In this document: in pieces, positions 28,074 through 34,824 of the stretch
Position numbering within the stretch: the stretch's first letter is position 1
Layout of the letters: the number at the start of each line of letters is the position of its first letter
Assembly: GCA_031409355.1 (NCBI GenBank)
Contig: JANNXB010000427.1
Coordinates: 1 to 34,824 of the forward strand
DNA: 34,824 bases
Source: Betaproteobacteria bacterium
GTDB taxonomy: Bacteria > Pseudomonadota > Gammaproteobacteria > Burkholderiales > SG8-39
Reading direction: 5' to 3'
Program-made: the position numbers and the translations under genes
Notes under the pieces: model-generated
Database searches by the model: none
What the model was told of the DNA's origin: nothing
Seen by the model: only the letters and a program-made list of their open reading frames with translations

Positions 28074-28460
28074 TCAGGGACGGCCCTGCCTGCCCATGTT
28101 CCTGCGGCCCTTGTTACGCGGGGGATTGTGCGCGCCGCCGCCCTCCTTGCGCGGCTGCTGCTGTTGCGGGCGTGGACGCGGGTTGGAATTCTTGTGCTCC
28201 GGATTGCGGTTGCCCGATCCGGACATTTGCTGCACTTTGCGGATCTCCACGGCAAGGGCGTCCAGGTTCGCCTGGTGCAGCGCCTTCGGCCCGGCCTCCT
28301 GGAGCGCCTTCTGCTCGCGGTCGCGCAGTTCGTGCAACTTGCGTAGAGCCTCGCTGCCCGAGGCACCCAACCCGCCGCCGTGCCGTTCGGCCTCATGCCT
28401 CAGCATCGCGATCAGGGCGATCTCGTCGATCACCTCGTCGCTTGCCCGTGCTCCTTCCAT
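28074..28460 (-). CDS. hypothetical protein (128 aa): helical N-half, basic low-complexity C-terminal tail
   Basis: ATG 28460 is preceded by GGGAG. GC3 is strongly biased in this frame. The C-terminal 50 aa are rich in R/K/N/P/Q/G (NRNPEHKNSNPRPRPQQQQPRKEGGGAHNPPRNKGRRNMGRQGRP). I recognise no family. Confidence 0.5.
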   Translation of the reverse strand: MEGARASDEVIDEIALIAMLRHEAERHGGGLGASGSEALRKLHELRDREQKALQEAGPKALHQANLDALAVEIRKVQQMSGSGNRNPEHKNSNPRPRPQQQQPRKEGGGAHNPPRNKGRRNMGRQGRP

Positions 28461-28656
28461 ATCCGCTCCCGATTCATGTGTTTGACGCGCAAAGGAGAAG
28501 GTTACAACGCGGGTGCCCCGCTGCCAATCGGCTTGCGCTCCCCGCCCCGGGACCCGCTCCCCTCGCGGAAACAGCCGCCGCCCCGAAATCGTGCATTGAT
28601 ACAATGGGATCGACGTGCAAATCGACTGGACGCACCCAAGAAAAGCGAGGTAGCGA

Positions 28657-29826
28657 TTGTCTGCATACGATGGCCCCATCCGCGCGCCCCTGCCTTCCGG
28701 CATCCGTTCCCGCCGAGTCGCGGGTGTCAACGGCCTCGACATGCACGTGCTGGAGGCGGGCGACCCCTCCGGCGCACGGCCCTTGGTCCTGCTGCTGCAC
28801 GGCTTTCCGGAACTCGCCTACAGCTGGAGAAAGGTGATGCCGCCGCTTGCCGAGGCCGGGTACCACGTGATCGCCCCCGACCAAAGGGGCTATGGCCGGA
28901 CCACCGGCTGGGACGACCGCTACGACGGAGATCTCGGCTCCTTCTGCATGCTCAACCTGGTGAGGGACGCCCTGGGCCTGGTTTCGGCGCTCGGCTATCG
29001 CTCGGTGGCCGGCGTGGTGGGGCACGACTTCGGCTCGCCGGTCGCGGCCTGGTGCGCGCTTGTCCGCCCGGATGTGTTCCGCTCCGTTGCGCTGATGAGC
29101 TCCCCGTTCGCCGGCCCGCCGGCCATCCCGTTCAACACGCAGGGCGTCGTGCAGCCCGCCTCCGCCGACCCGATTCACGCTGACCTCAGGGCCCTCGAAC
29201 CGCCACGGAAGCACTACCAGTGGTACTACTCAACGCACGGGGCCGATGCCGAGATGCGCCACTGCCCGCAGGGGCTCCACGCTTTCCTGCGCGCCTATTA
29301 CCACTGCAAGAGCGCGGACTGGAAGCAGAACGCACCGGTCGCACTTGAATCCTGGAGCGCGCGCGAACTCGAAAAACTGCCGCGCTACTACGTGATGGAC
29401 CTCGGCCTGGGGATGGCGCAGACCGTCGCTCCGCTCATGCCCTCAGACGAGGAAATCGCGGCGTGCAAATGGCTGCCCGACGCGGAACTCGCGGTCTACA
29501 GCGCCGAGTACGGCCGCACGGGGTTCCAGGGCGGCCTCCAATGGTACCGGTGCAGGACGAGCGGCCTGTTCAATGCCGGGATGGAGGTATTCGCCGGACG
29601 CACGATCGATGTGCCGTCGTGCTTCATCGCCGGGCGCAGCGACTGGGGCACCTACCAGAAGCCGGGGGATTTCGAGAGCATGCAGGCTGCGGCGTGCACT
29701 CGCATGACGGGCATCCACCTAGTCGAAGGCGCCGGGCACTGGGTGCAGCAGGAACAACCCGGGGAAGTCACCCGCCTGCTGGCGGGATTCCTGTCGGCGG
29801 AGCGGGGTACCTCCTCAGCCCGCTGA
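28657..29826 (+). CDS. alpha/beta hydrolase, epoxide-hydrolase-like
   Basis: LLLHGFPELAYSWRKVMP (HGxP oxyanion motif), nucleophile elbow GHDFGSPVA, C-terminal GAGHWVQQEQP. The TTG start at 28657 has GAGG 7 nt upstream. Later ATGs would remove conserved sequence. Confidence 0.75.
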   Translation: MSAYDGPIRAPLPSGIRSRRVAGVNGLDMHVLEAGDPSGARPLVLLLHGFPELAYSWRKVMPPLAEAGYHVIAPDQRGYGRTTGWDDRYDGDLGSFCMLNLVRDALGLVSALGYRSVAGVVGHDFGSPVAAWCALVRPDVFRSVALMSSPFAGPPAIPFNTQGVVQPASADPIHADLRALEPPRKHYQWYYSTHGADAEMRHCPQGLHAFLRAYYHCKSADWKQNAPVALESWSARELEKLPRYYVMDLGLGMAQTVAPLMPSDEEIAACKWLPDAELAVYSAEYGRTGFQGGLQWYRCRTSGLFNAGMEVFAGRTIDVPSCFIAGRSDWGTYQKPGDFESMQAAACTRMTGIHLVEGAGHWVQQEQPGEVTRLLAGFLSAERGTSSAR

Positions 29827-30993
29827 GGCCGCCCGGGAACGCGCCCCGGCCTGCCGGGGCGGGGCGTCGTCCACCACAAGCCCGGCCTCCGGGAGGATGA
29901 CCTCGCGCAGCACGCGCGTCATGAAATAGGGCTTGCCCGGGCCGGCGGCCTCGACCTCGACGTGCTCGAACTTGAACGCCCGCTCGAGCGTGCGCATCAC
30001 GCGGTCGATCGGCTTGCCCGCCTGGGTGGCGCTGGTGAAATACACGCCGCGCAGCATCAGCGGCTGGTAGTCCACGTGGGTGGAAAACCCGAGGCCGATC
30101 ATTTCCCCCACCAGCGGCCCGATTGCGTGGAACTGCTGCGGAAACCGGTAGATCGATGCGCGCCGCACGGGATCCGGCTCCTGCTCGAGGCGGCCCAGCA
30201 TTTCCGCGTAAAGCCTCTGCTGGAGCACCGCAAAGTCGGCGGCGTAGTTCCTCGAGGTTTCCATCGGGTCGACCCCGAAGTCGAAGGTCGTCCCCCAGAC
30301 CTGCTCGCGGGCCGTGTCGTCCATGGTGCCGAAGAACTCGGCAAATCCGGCGAGCAGGTCCATCTTGGTGACGAGGAGGTAGACGGGGAAACGCGTGCCC
30401 AGGCCGGCATACAGTTCGGCAAGGCGCATGCGCACATGCGCCGCGAACTGCTGCCGCTCCGGCTTGGTCCAGAGCAGGAGGTCGGTGACGCTCACCGTGA
30501 TTATCGCGCCGCTTACAGGACGTCCCGGACGGAATCGCCGGACCAGGCCGAGGAAACCGTGCCAGGCGGCGCTGCCCGTCAGCACGTCCCTGTGGTTCTT
30601 GGTTTCGTGGGCCACATAGCGGCCGGCGATGTCGAGGAATACCGCGGCGCCGGTAAACCACCACTCGCAGTAGCGCGACCCGCCAACCCCGGTCACCTGC
30701 GGCGGCCCGTCGCCGGCGTCGCGGGCGAGGCCCAGCCCGGAGTTCTTAAGCACGGTCGAGTTGCCGGAGCCGGGCGCGCCGATGACCACATACCAGGGCA
30801 GTTCATGCACGGATTTGCCCGCGCCCTCGAGGGCCGCGACGGTGGATTCGAACCGCTCGCGCAACGCCGCGATGTTCGCGGCCGCCGGGTCGTCGGGCGC
30901 GACCTGGGGGCCGAGATCGACCATCTGCCGGAACAGTTCCGCGCCGTCGCTGCGCCTGCGCGCCGGGTCAACCTTATCCTGGGGCGTGCTCAT
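29815..30993 (-). CDS. TssM/IcmF-like protein consisting only of the cytoplasmic P-loop NTPase plus ImcF-related N-terminal region. It has no transmembrane helices and no periplasmic domain, and its Walker A is GAPGSGNST
   Basis: ELPWYVVIGAPGSGNSTVLKNSGL, WWFTGAAVFLDIAGRY, RPVSGAIITVSVTDLL, FPVYLLVTKMDLLAGFAEFF, EQVWGTTF, IYRFPQQF and LRGVYFTSATQAGKPID are the diagnostic TssM cytoplasmic-domain motifs. ATG 30993 overlaps the tssL-like stop (ATGA). The ORF stops 18 codons after the ...VILPEAGLVV motif, the point where I recall TM3 following in full-length TssM. The 5' part of the 675-aa ORF is shadow over the upstream gene. Confidence 0.8.
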   Translation of the reverse strand: MSTPQDKVDPARRRSDGAELFRQMVDLGPQVAPDDPAAANIAALRERFESTVAALEGAGKSVHELPWYVVIGAPGSGNSTVLKNSGLGLARDAGDGPPQVTGVGGSRYCEWWFTGAAVFLDIAGRYVAHETKNHRDVLTGSAAWHGFLGLVRRFRPGRPVSGAIITVSVTDLLLWTKPERQQFAAHVRMRLAELYAGLGTRFPVYLLVTKMDLLAGFAEFFGTMDDTAREQVWGTTFDFGVDPMETSRNYAADFAVLQQRLYAEMLGRLEQEPDPVRRASIYRFPQQFHAIGPLVGEMIGLGFSTHVDYQPLMLRGVYFTSATQAGKPIDRVMRTLERAFKFEHVEVEAAGPGKPYFMTRVLREVILPEAGLVVDDAPPRQAGARSRAASAG

Positions 30994-32555
30994 GGTTTCG
31001 ATCCGAGGATGATCACCACGCGCCGGTTCCGGGCGCGATTCTGTTCCGTGTCGTTGGGCGCGACGGGGTCGGCTTCCGCCGCGCCTTCGCTCGCAACCCG
31101 CTGCGGCTGGCTCAGTCTTGCCGCGAGCACCTTTGCGGCCGACTGCGCCCGAGCCGCGCTGAGTTCGAGGTTGGAGGCGAACACCGCGGAATTGACCGGC
31201 AGGCTGTCGGAGTAGCCCCTCACCAGGATCGTGCCGGGAACGCGTTCGAGCGCTTCGCCGACTTTCCCGAGGACCGGATCCATCTGCGCGCCATGCTCGA
31301 CGCGGCCCGAGCCGAACTGCTGCGCGTCGCGAAAGGCGACGATGCTGCGGCCGGCGTCCTCGCCCAACACGATGAGTCCGCCCCGGATTTCGGCAGCAAG
31401 CGCTGCTTCGAGCAGCTTGTGCGGCGTAGCGGCCGGCGCCGCCGGGACGACCGGCGGGGCGACCTCCGCCTTGGGAGCGGCAACCGCGAGCGGCGCCGCT
31501 GCGGGCGCTTCCGCTTTTGGCGCGATGACTGCGCTTGCCGCGGCCGCAGGCGGCGGCGGCGGCTGCATGGTCCGGTATCCGACCACTGCCGCCAGCAGTA
31601 CCGCAACTGCACCGCCGCCGGCGAGCCACGGGAACCCCCCGCGCGATGCCGCCCGTGCGGCGGGTTTCGAGACGGCGGCGATTGCTTGCTGTTTCATCCC
31701 TCGCCAGCGTGCCGAAAGTCCATCTGCCGGACGGGGCCTGCGGCGTGTCACCAGTGCGTGCAGGTCGGCGCGAATCTGGTCGAGCTGCTGCTGCCCTCCC
31801 TCCGTGCCCCGATAGCGCCCTTCGAACCCGAGCGCAAGGCACACATACATCAATTCGAGCAGGTCGGCGTTGTCCTCGGGCTTCTCGGACATGGCCGCCA
31901 ACAGCGTGAAAAACTCGTCGCTCCCGGTATTCTCGCCGCGAAGGTTCTCGAGCAACCCATGCTTCTGCCAGTCACGCCCCCACTCCGTGGATGAAGCGGC
32001 GTCGTCGGCCAGGCAACACAACGCGTAGACCGAGGCCTCGAGGATTTCACCCGGCGTCTGCGCTTTGCTGGCCCCCGCCTCGAAAGCCTCGATCAAATCC
32101 TGGAGCGTTTCCTTGAGCAGCGCCGGGTCGGGATGGTTTTTCGCCGCCCGGATCTGGGGCACTGCACTTAGGACGGGATTCGCGAACGCAATGAGCGTAT
32201 TGAGACCGCCCAGCGCGGCCAGGTTGGCCTGCAGCGCTTCGGGCAGCGCCCGGGGCGCAAACGGATTGGCGCGCCGCCGTGCGCCGCGGCCGGCGATTGT
32301 GGCGTCGGGGTCGAAGTCCGTGAGCGGTCCCGAGAACGTCGCGTCCGGGTCCTCGCCTCTGCGCGGCGCCGGCTTTAGGGTGTCCTCGGGATCCTGGTCA
32401 CCCATGCGCATCAACGCGGCCATGGGCCCGCTGAGCGTCGCATCGGGATCCATCGCCGCCAGCGGACCCGTGACGGTCGCGTCCGGGTCCGTTTCGGGCA
32501 CGGCGCTGCGACCCGGCGCTTGCGGGTCAATGGGCTTGTCGCGGTTGTCACTCAT
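30990..32555 (-). CDS. TssL/DotU-family protein, long form with C-terminal OmpA/MotB-like peptidoglycan-binding domain and an N-terminal extension carrying five DP[DE]xT repeats
   Basis: DotU core: ASVYALCCLADDAASSTEWGRDW..LL......GSDEFFTLL......DLLELMYVCLALGFEGRYR. A single TM follows (FPWLAGGGAVAVLLAAVVGY), then a Pro/Ala-rich linker with an APKAE repeat. The OmpA-like module has VRGYSDSLP, SNLELSAARA and NRARNRRVVIIL. Confidence 0.8.
   Translation of the reverse strand: MSDNRDKPIDPQAPGRSAVPETDPDATVTGPLAAMDPDATLSGPMAALMRMGDQDPEDTLKPAPRRGEDPDATFSGPLTDFDPDATIAGRGARRRANPFAPRALPEALQANLAALGGLNTLIAFANPVLSAVPQIRAAKNHPDPALLKETLQDLIEAFEAGASKAQTPGEILEASVYALCCLADDAASSTEWGRDWQKHGLLENLRGENTGSDEFFTLLAAMSEKPEDNADLLELMYVCLALGFEGRYRGTEGGQQQLDQIRADLHALVTRRRPRPADGLSARWRGMKQQAIAAVSKPAARAASRGGFPWLAGGGAVAVLLAAVVGYRTMQPPPPPAAAASAVIAPKAEAPAAAPLAVAAPKAEVAPPVVPAAPAATPHKLLEAALAAEIRGGLIVLGEDAGRSIVAFRDAQQFGSGRVEHGAQMDPVLGKVGEALERVPGTILVRGYSDSLPVNSAVFASNLELSAARAQSAAKVLAARLSQPQRVASEGAAEADPVAPNDTEQNRARNRRVVIILGSKP
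32283..32489 (-). repeat. five spaced copies of an acidic Thr-containing peptide motif (DPDATV, DPDATL, DPEDTL, DPDATF, DPDATI) encoded in the 5' part of the tssL-like gene
   Basis: Read directly from translation: residues 23-27, 36-40, 55-59, 69-73 and 82-86. Three copies are followed by xGP[LM] (TGPL, SGPM, SGPL). The DNA shows the recurring unit GTCGCGTCCGGGTC/GTCGCATCGGGATC on the plus strand. Confidence 0.85.
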
Positions 32556-32632
32556 CCTGGCGCTATTCTATTGAACCGTCGGGGGTCATGAGCGGGGCAT
32601 GATGATGTTTCAAACTCGGTTCCAAGCTCAGT

Positions 32633-33226
32633 TCAAGACTCTGCGGCCGGCCGGGTCCAGGTTTCCGACCACGCCAGGACACAGCTCGAGGCCGGCTTTC
32701 CAAAGCGGTCCTGCATGAACACCTTCGCGGTCGCGGCCTCGCCGTTGACGGCGAGCTGGGCGCCGCGCGCCGGCACGAACGTGCTGTATACCCCGATCGG
32801 GCGATCCATCGCGCCCGGCGGGACGGTCAGCACGAACGGCGCCATCAGGTCCCACCAGCTCATGATGATCTCGCCGTCGTCCGACGCGATGCGTTCCTCG
32901 ACGGTGCTCAGGCAGTCCCCCGCGCGGTCGAATTCGGCGTCCATCACTGGCAGGGATTCATCGCCGAACGGCTTGTGGAGCAGCGCTTCGATCGTCCGCT
33001 GCAGGAAGCGCGTCATGCCGATGTTGTCCGAATAGACCCGCGGCCCCTTGCCAGTAAGCGCGCTCTCGATGAACAGCGCGTGACCCTGCCCCGCCGGGGA
33101 CCAGAGCACGCGCCAGTGGCTCACCCGGTCGGAAATCGTCTTGCCGCCGTCATCCGACAGCCGGATGAACGAGTTCTCGCCCGTCATGACAACGTTGCCG
33201 GGATCTACCATTCGCTGCTCAGCCAT
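32633..33226 (-). CDS. hypothetical protein (197 aa), no recognisable family
   Basis: ATG 33226 is preceded by GGGAGGG. GC3 is high in this frame. There is no hydrophobic helix or signal peptide. The upstream part of the 378-aa ORF is Arg/Cys/Trp-rich shadow sequence. Confidence 0.6.
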   Translation of the reverse strand: MAEQRMVDPGNVVMTGENSFIRLSDDGGKTISDRVSHWRVLWSPAGQGHALFIESALTGKGPRVYSDNIGMTRFLQRTIEALLHKPFGDESLPVMDAEFDRAGDCLSTVEERIASDDGEIIMSWWDLMAPFVLTVPPGAMDRPIGVYSTFVPARGAQLAVNGEAATAKVFMQDRFGKPASSCVLAWSETWTRPAAES

Positions 33227-33305
33227 GAAGCCCTCCCTTTGGACCCGGAAGGATACCACCGCGACCCGTCGCGATGCCGGCTCCGATCGGTCGTGCAATC
33301 GAGCG

Positions 33306-34022
33306 TCAGGTGCCCGAAAGGCGCGCCCGCTGCGCCTCGCCGAGGTGACACCACTCGCCGGCCGCGAGGCCAAGCGCCTCCAGCGACAATGCGCCGATCG
33401 AAGCCCTGTGCAGCGCCACGCAATGATTGCCCGCCGCCGCCAGCATGCGCTTGACCTGGTGGTACTTGCCCTGCACGAGGACAATCTCGAGGCAGTGCGA
33501 ATCGATCCGACGGCAGCCCTCGACCGCGAGGGGCGCGGGCTCGTCGTCCAGCTGCACCCCCCCGAGCAACCGCGCGACCAGCGCGTCCGTCGCCGGCTCC
33601 TGCAAGGTCGCCAGGTACACCTTTGGCACGTGGCGCTTGGGCGAGGTGTGCGCATGGATGAACGCGCCGTCGTCTGACAGCAGCAGCAACCCGGTCGTGT
33701 CGTGGTCCAGCCGTCCCACCGGTTGCGTCTCGCGCCACGCAAACTGCTCCGGAAGCAGCGACAGTACACCCGGATGGTGGCTGGGCTTGCGCGAGCACTC
33801 GTAGCCGGGGGGCTTGTTCAGCGCGACATAGAGGTGCTCGTGGTAGGCCCACGCTTCACCGTGGACCGTGAACTCGAGGCCCTCGGCCTCGATCGGTGCG
33901 CCGATCTCGGTGGCGACCGTGCCACCGATCGCAACGGCCCCGTCGCGGATCAACGCCCGGCATCCCTTGCGCGTGCCGAAGCCCTGTGACTGGAGGATCC
34001 GGTCGAGCGTGAGTTTCCTCAT
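33306..34022 (-). CDS. rsuA: RsuA/RluB-family pseudouridine synthase (S4 domain plus catalytic domain)
   Basis: The N-terminal S4-like region is RKLTLDRILQSQGFGTRKGCRALIRDGAV. The catalytic motif is VGRLDHDTTGLLLLSDDG, with KVYLATL and GKYHQVKRM. Confidence 0.8.
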   Translation of the reverse strand: MRKLTLDRILQSQGFGTRKGCRALIRDGAVAIGGTVATEIGAPIEAEGLEFTVHGEAWAYHEHLYVALNKPPGYECSRKPSHHPGVLSLLPEQFAWRETQPVGRLDHDTTGLLLLSDDGAFIHAHTSPKRHVPKVYLATLQEPATDALVARLLGGVQLDDEPAPLAVEGCRRIDSHCLEIVLVQGKYHQVKRMLAAAGNHCVALHRASIGALSLEALGLAAGEWCHLGEAQRARLSGT

Positions 34023-34047
34023 GCGTCGCCGGTGCGGCGCGCGGCCC

Positions 34048-34824
34048 TTACGACGCTGGCCGCAGGACGATCACGACCCGGCGGTTCTTGGCGCGGTTCC
34101 CGGCCGTGTCGCTGGGCGCCACCTGCTGCGAATCGCCGGCCCCTTCGCCTTTGACGCGCTTGGGATCGCGCAGCTTGCCCGCGATCAGCTTCGCCACGGA
34201 TTCGCCGCGTGCCGCGGACAGCTCCTGGTTCGAGGGGAACTTCGGGTTGCTGCTCGGTTTCGCGTCGGCGTGCCCGGTGACGACTATCGATCCCGGCGCC
34301 TTGTCCAGCGCGGCGGCGATTCCGAGGATGGCCGGACGCAGCGGCGCCTCGATGTCCACGCCGCCCGAATGGAACTGGTTGGCGCTGCGCAGCGTGATGG
34401 TGGTCGCCCCGCGTTCTTCGGCAACCGCAATCACTCCGCGCTTGATGTCGTCCGCCAGCAGGGCCTTAACGCTCACTGCGCTGGCGGACGCCGCGGGCGC
34501 CGCGGGAGGCGTCACAGCGGGCGCCACAGCAGGCGCCGGCGCGACCGCCACGGCCGGCTTGGGTGCCTCAGGTGCGGGAGGTTTCCCGCCGCCAAACACG
34601 ATATACAGCGCCACCGCGAGCACAACCGCCCCGCCCGCGATCATTGGCATGCGCGAGGTGTCGGCGGATACGGGCGTCGCAAGCACGGCCGCAGCGACAG
34701 CGGGCGCGACAGCAGCGACCACCGTCGGCGGAGCGGCCGTTGGCGGCACCGCAGCCGGTTCAGGTACGGGTTCCGCCGGCTGGGCGCCGATTACCGTCGC
34801 GTCGGGATCATCGTCCCGCTGGAA
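34048..34824 (-). CDS. DPDAT-motif / single-TM / OmpA-MotB-like peptidoglycan-binding protein, paralogous to the C-terminal half of the tssL-like gene (5' end outside the window)
   Basis: The frame stays open to the window edge (FQRDDDPDATVIGAQP...). TM MPMIAGGAVVLAVALYIVFGG, then a Pro/Ala linker. The OmpA-like module (VTGHADAKP, SNQELSAARG, NRAKNRRVVIVL) aligns along its length with residues about 390-520 of the 30990..32555 product. Confidence 0.75.
   Translation of the reverse strand, partial: FQRDDDPDATVIGAQPAEPVPEPAAVPPTAAPPTVVAAVAPAVAAAVLATPVSADTSRMPMIAGGAVVLAVALYIVFGGGKPPAPEAPKPAVAVAPAPAVAPAVTPPAAPAASASAVSVKALLADDIKRGVIAVAEERGATTITLRSANQFHSGGVDIEAPLRPAILGIAAALDKAPGSIVVTGHADAKPSSNPKFPSNQELSAARGESVAKLIAGKLRDPKRVKGEGAGDSQQVAPSDTAGNRAKNRRVVIVLRPAS

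Noticed and set aside
28461-28656. Promoter-like elements (TTGACG, TTGATA) and an ATCGAC direct repeat in the divergent intergenic region.
   Set aside because: Hexamer pairs with proper spacing and a good -10 could not be found. This is too speculative to annotate.
32556-32632. TAGAAT (-10-like) hexamer about 9 nt upstream of the tssL-like ATG.
   Set aside because: There is no acceptable -35 element at 16-18 nt spacing. The position would also leave essentially no leader. It cannot be supported from sequence alone.
29815-34824. Calling this block a type VI secretion system locus.
   Set aside because: Only TssL- and partial TssM-like genes are present. No sheath, tube, baseplate, spike, ClpV or TssJ genes are recognisable in the window. 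I therefore treat it as an orphan or derived module rather than a T6SS.

Overview
GC-rich (about two-thirds G+C by eye, not computed) proteobacterial chromosome segment. It is probably Betaproteobacteria/Burkholderiales-like, judged from a Bug/TctC-family binding protein. I call 35 protein-coding or pseudogene features. I saw no rRNA, tRNA, CRISPR array, IS element or integrase.

Layout:
(i) 1-4.2 kb: redox and transport genes. These are a PyrK-like reductase fragment, a polysaccharide deacetylase, a Bug-family binding protein, a Cys-rich flavoprotein and a beta-class GST.
(ii) 4.2-5.1 kb: a locally lower-GC scar. It holds a small ORF interrupted by an in-frame amber codon and a 69-codon N-terminal stub of a type I R-M methylase (HsdM).
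(iii) 5.5-22.4 kb: an almost gapless plus-strand gene train. It runs XDH-family FAD subunit, fused 2Fe-2S/molybdopterin subunit, 6-hydroxynicotinate-reductase-like Fe-S protein, UPF0280/ApbE-like protein, Liv-type ABC importer with fused permease, hydantoinase A, an internally duplicated small protein, hydantoinase B and a DMT transporter. A membrane GGDEF diguanylate cyclase sits on the opposite strand between hydantoinase A and B.
(iv) 22.5-29.8 kb: C45 acyltransferase/hydrolase, crotonase, thioesterase, a Ser/Thr kinase fused to a cyclic-nucleotide-binding domain, DedA, SDR, two small coupled unknown ORFs, and an epoxide-hydrolase-like protein.
(v) 29.8-34.8 kb: a co-directional minus-strand array. 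In transcription order it is a DPDAT-motif/TM/OmpA-like protein (cut by the window edge), an RsuA-type pseudouridine synthase, an unknown 197-aa protein, a TssL/DotU-OmpA protein with five N-terminal DP[DE]xT repeats, and a transmembrane-less TssM/IcmF NTPase-domain protein whose Walker A lysine is Asn.

Block (v) is my best candidate for an undescribed system. It is an orphan T6SS-membrane-complex-derived module, with no sheath, tube, baseplate or spike genes anywhere in the window. Possible phospho-threonine control is a hypothesis only.

All family assignments come from motif recognition by eye. No searches were run.
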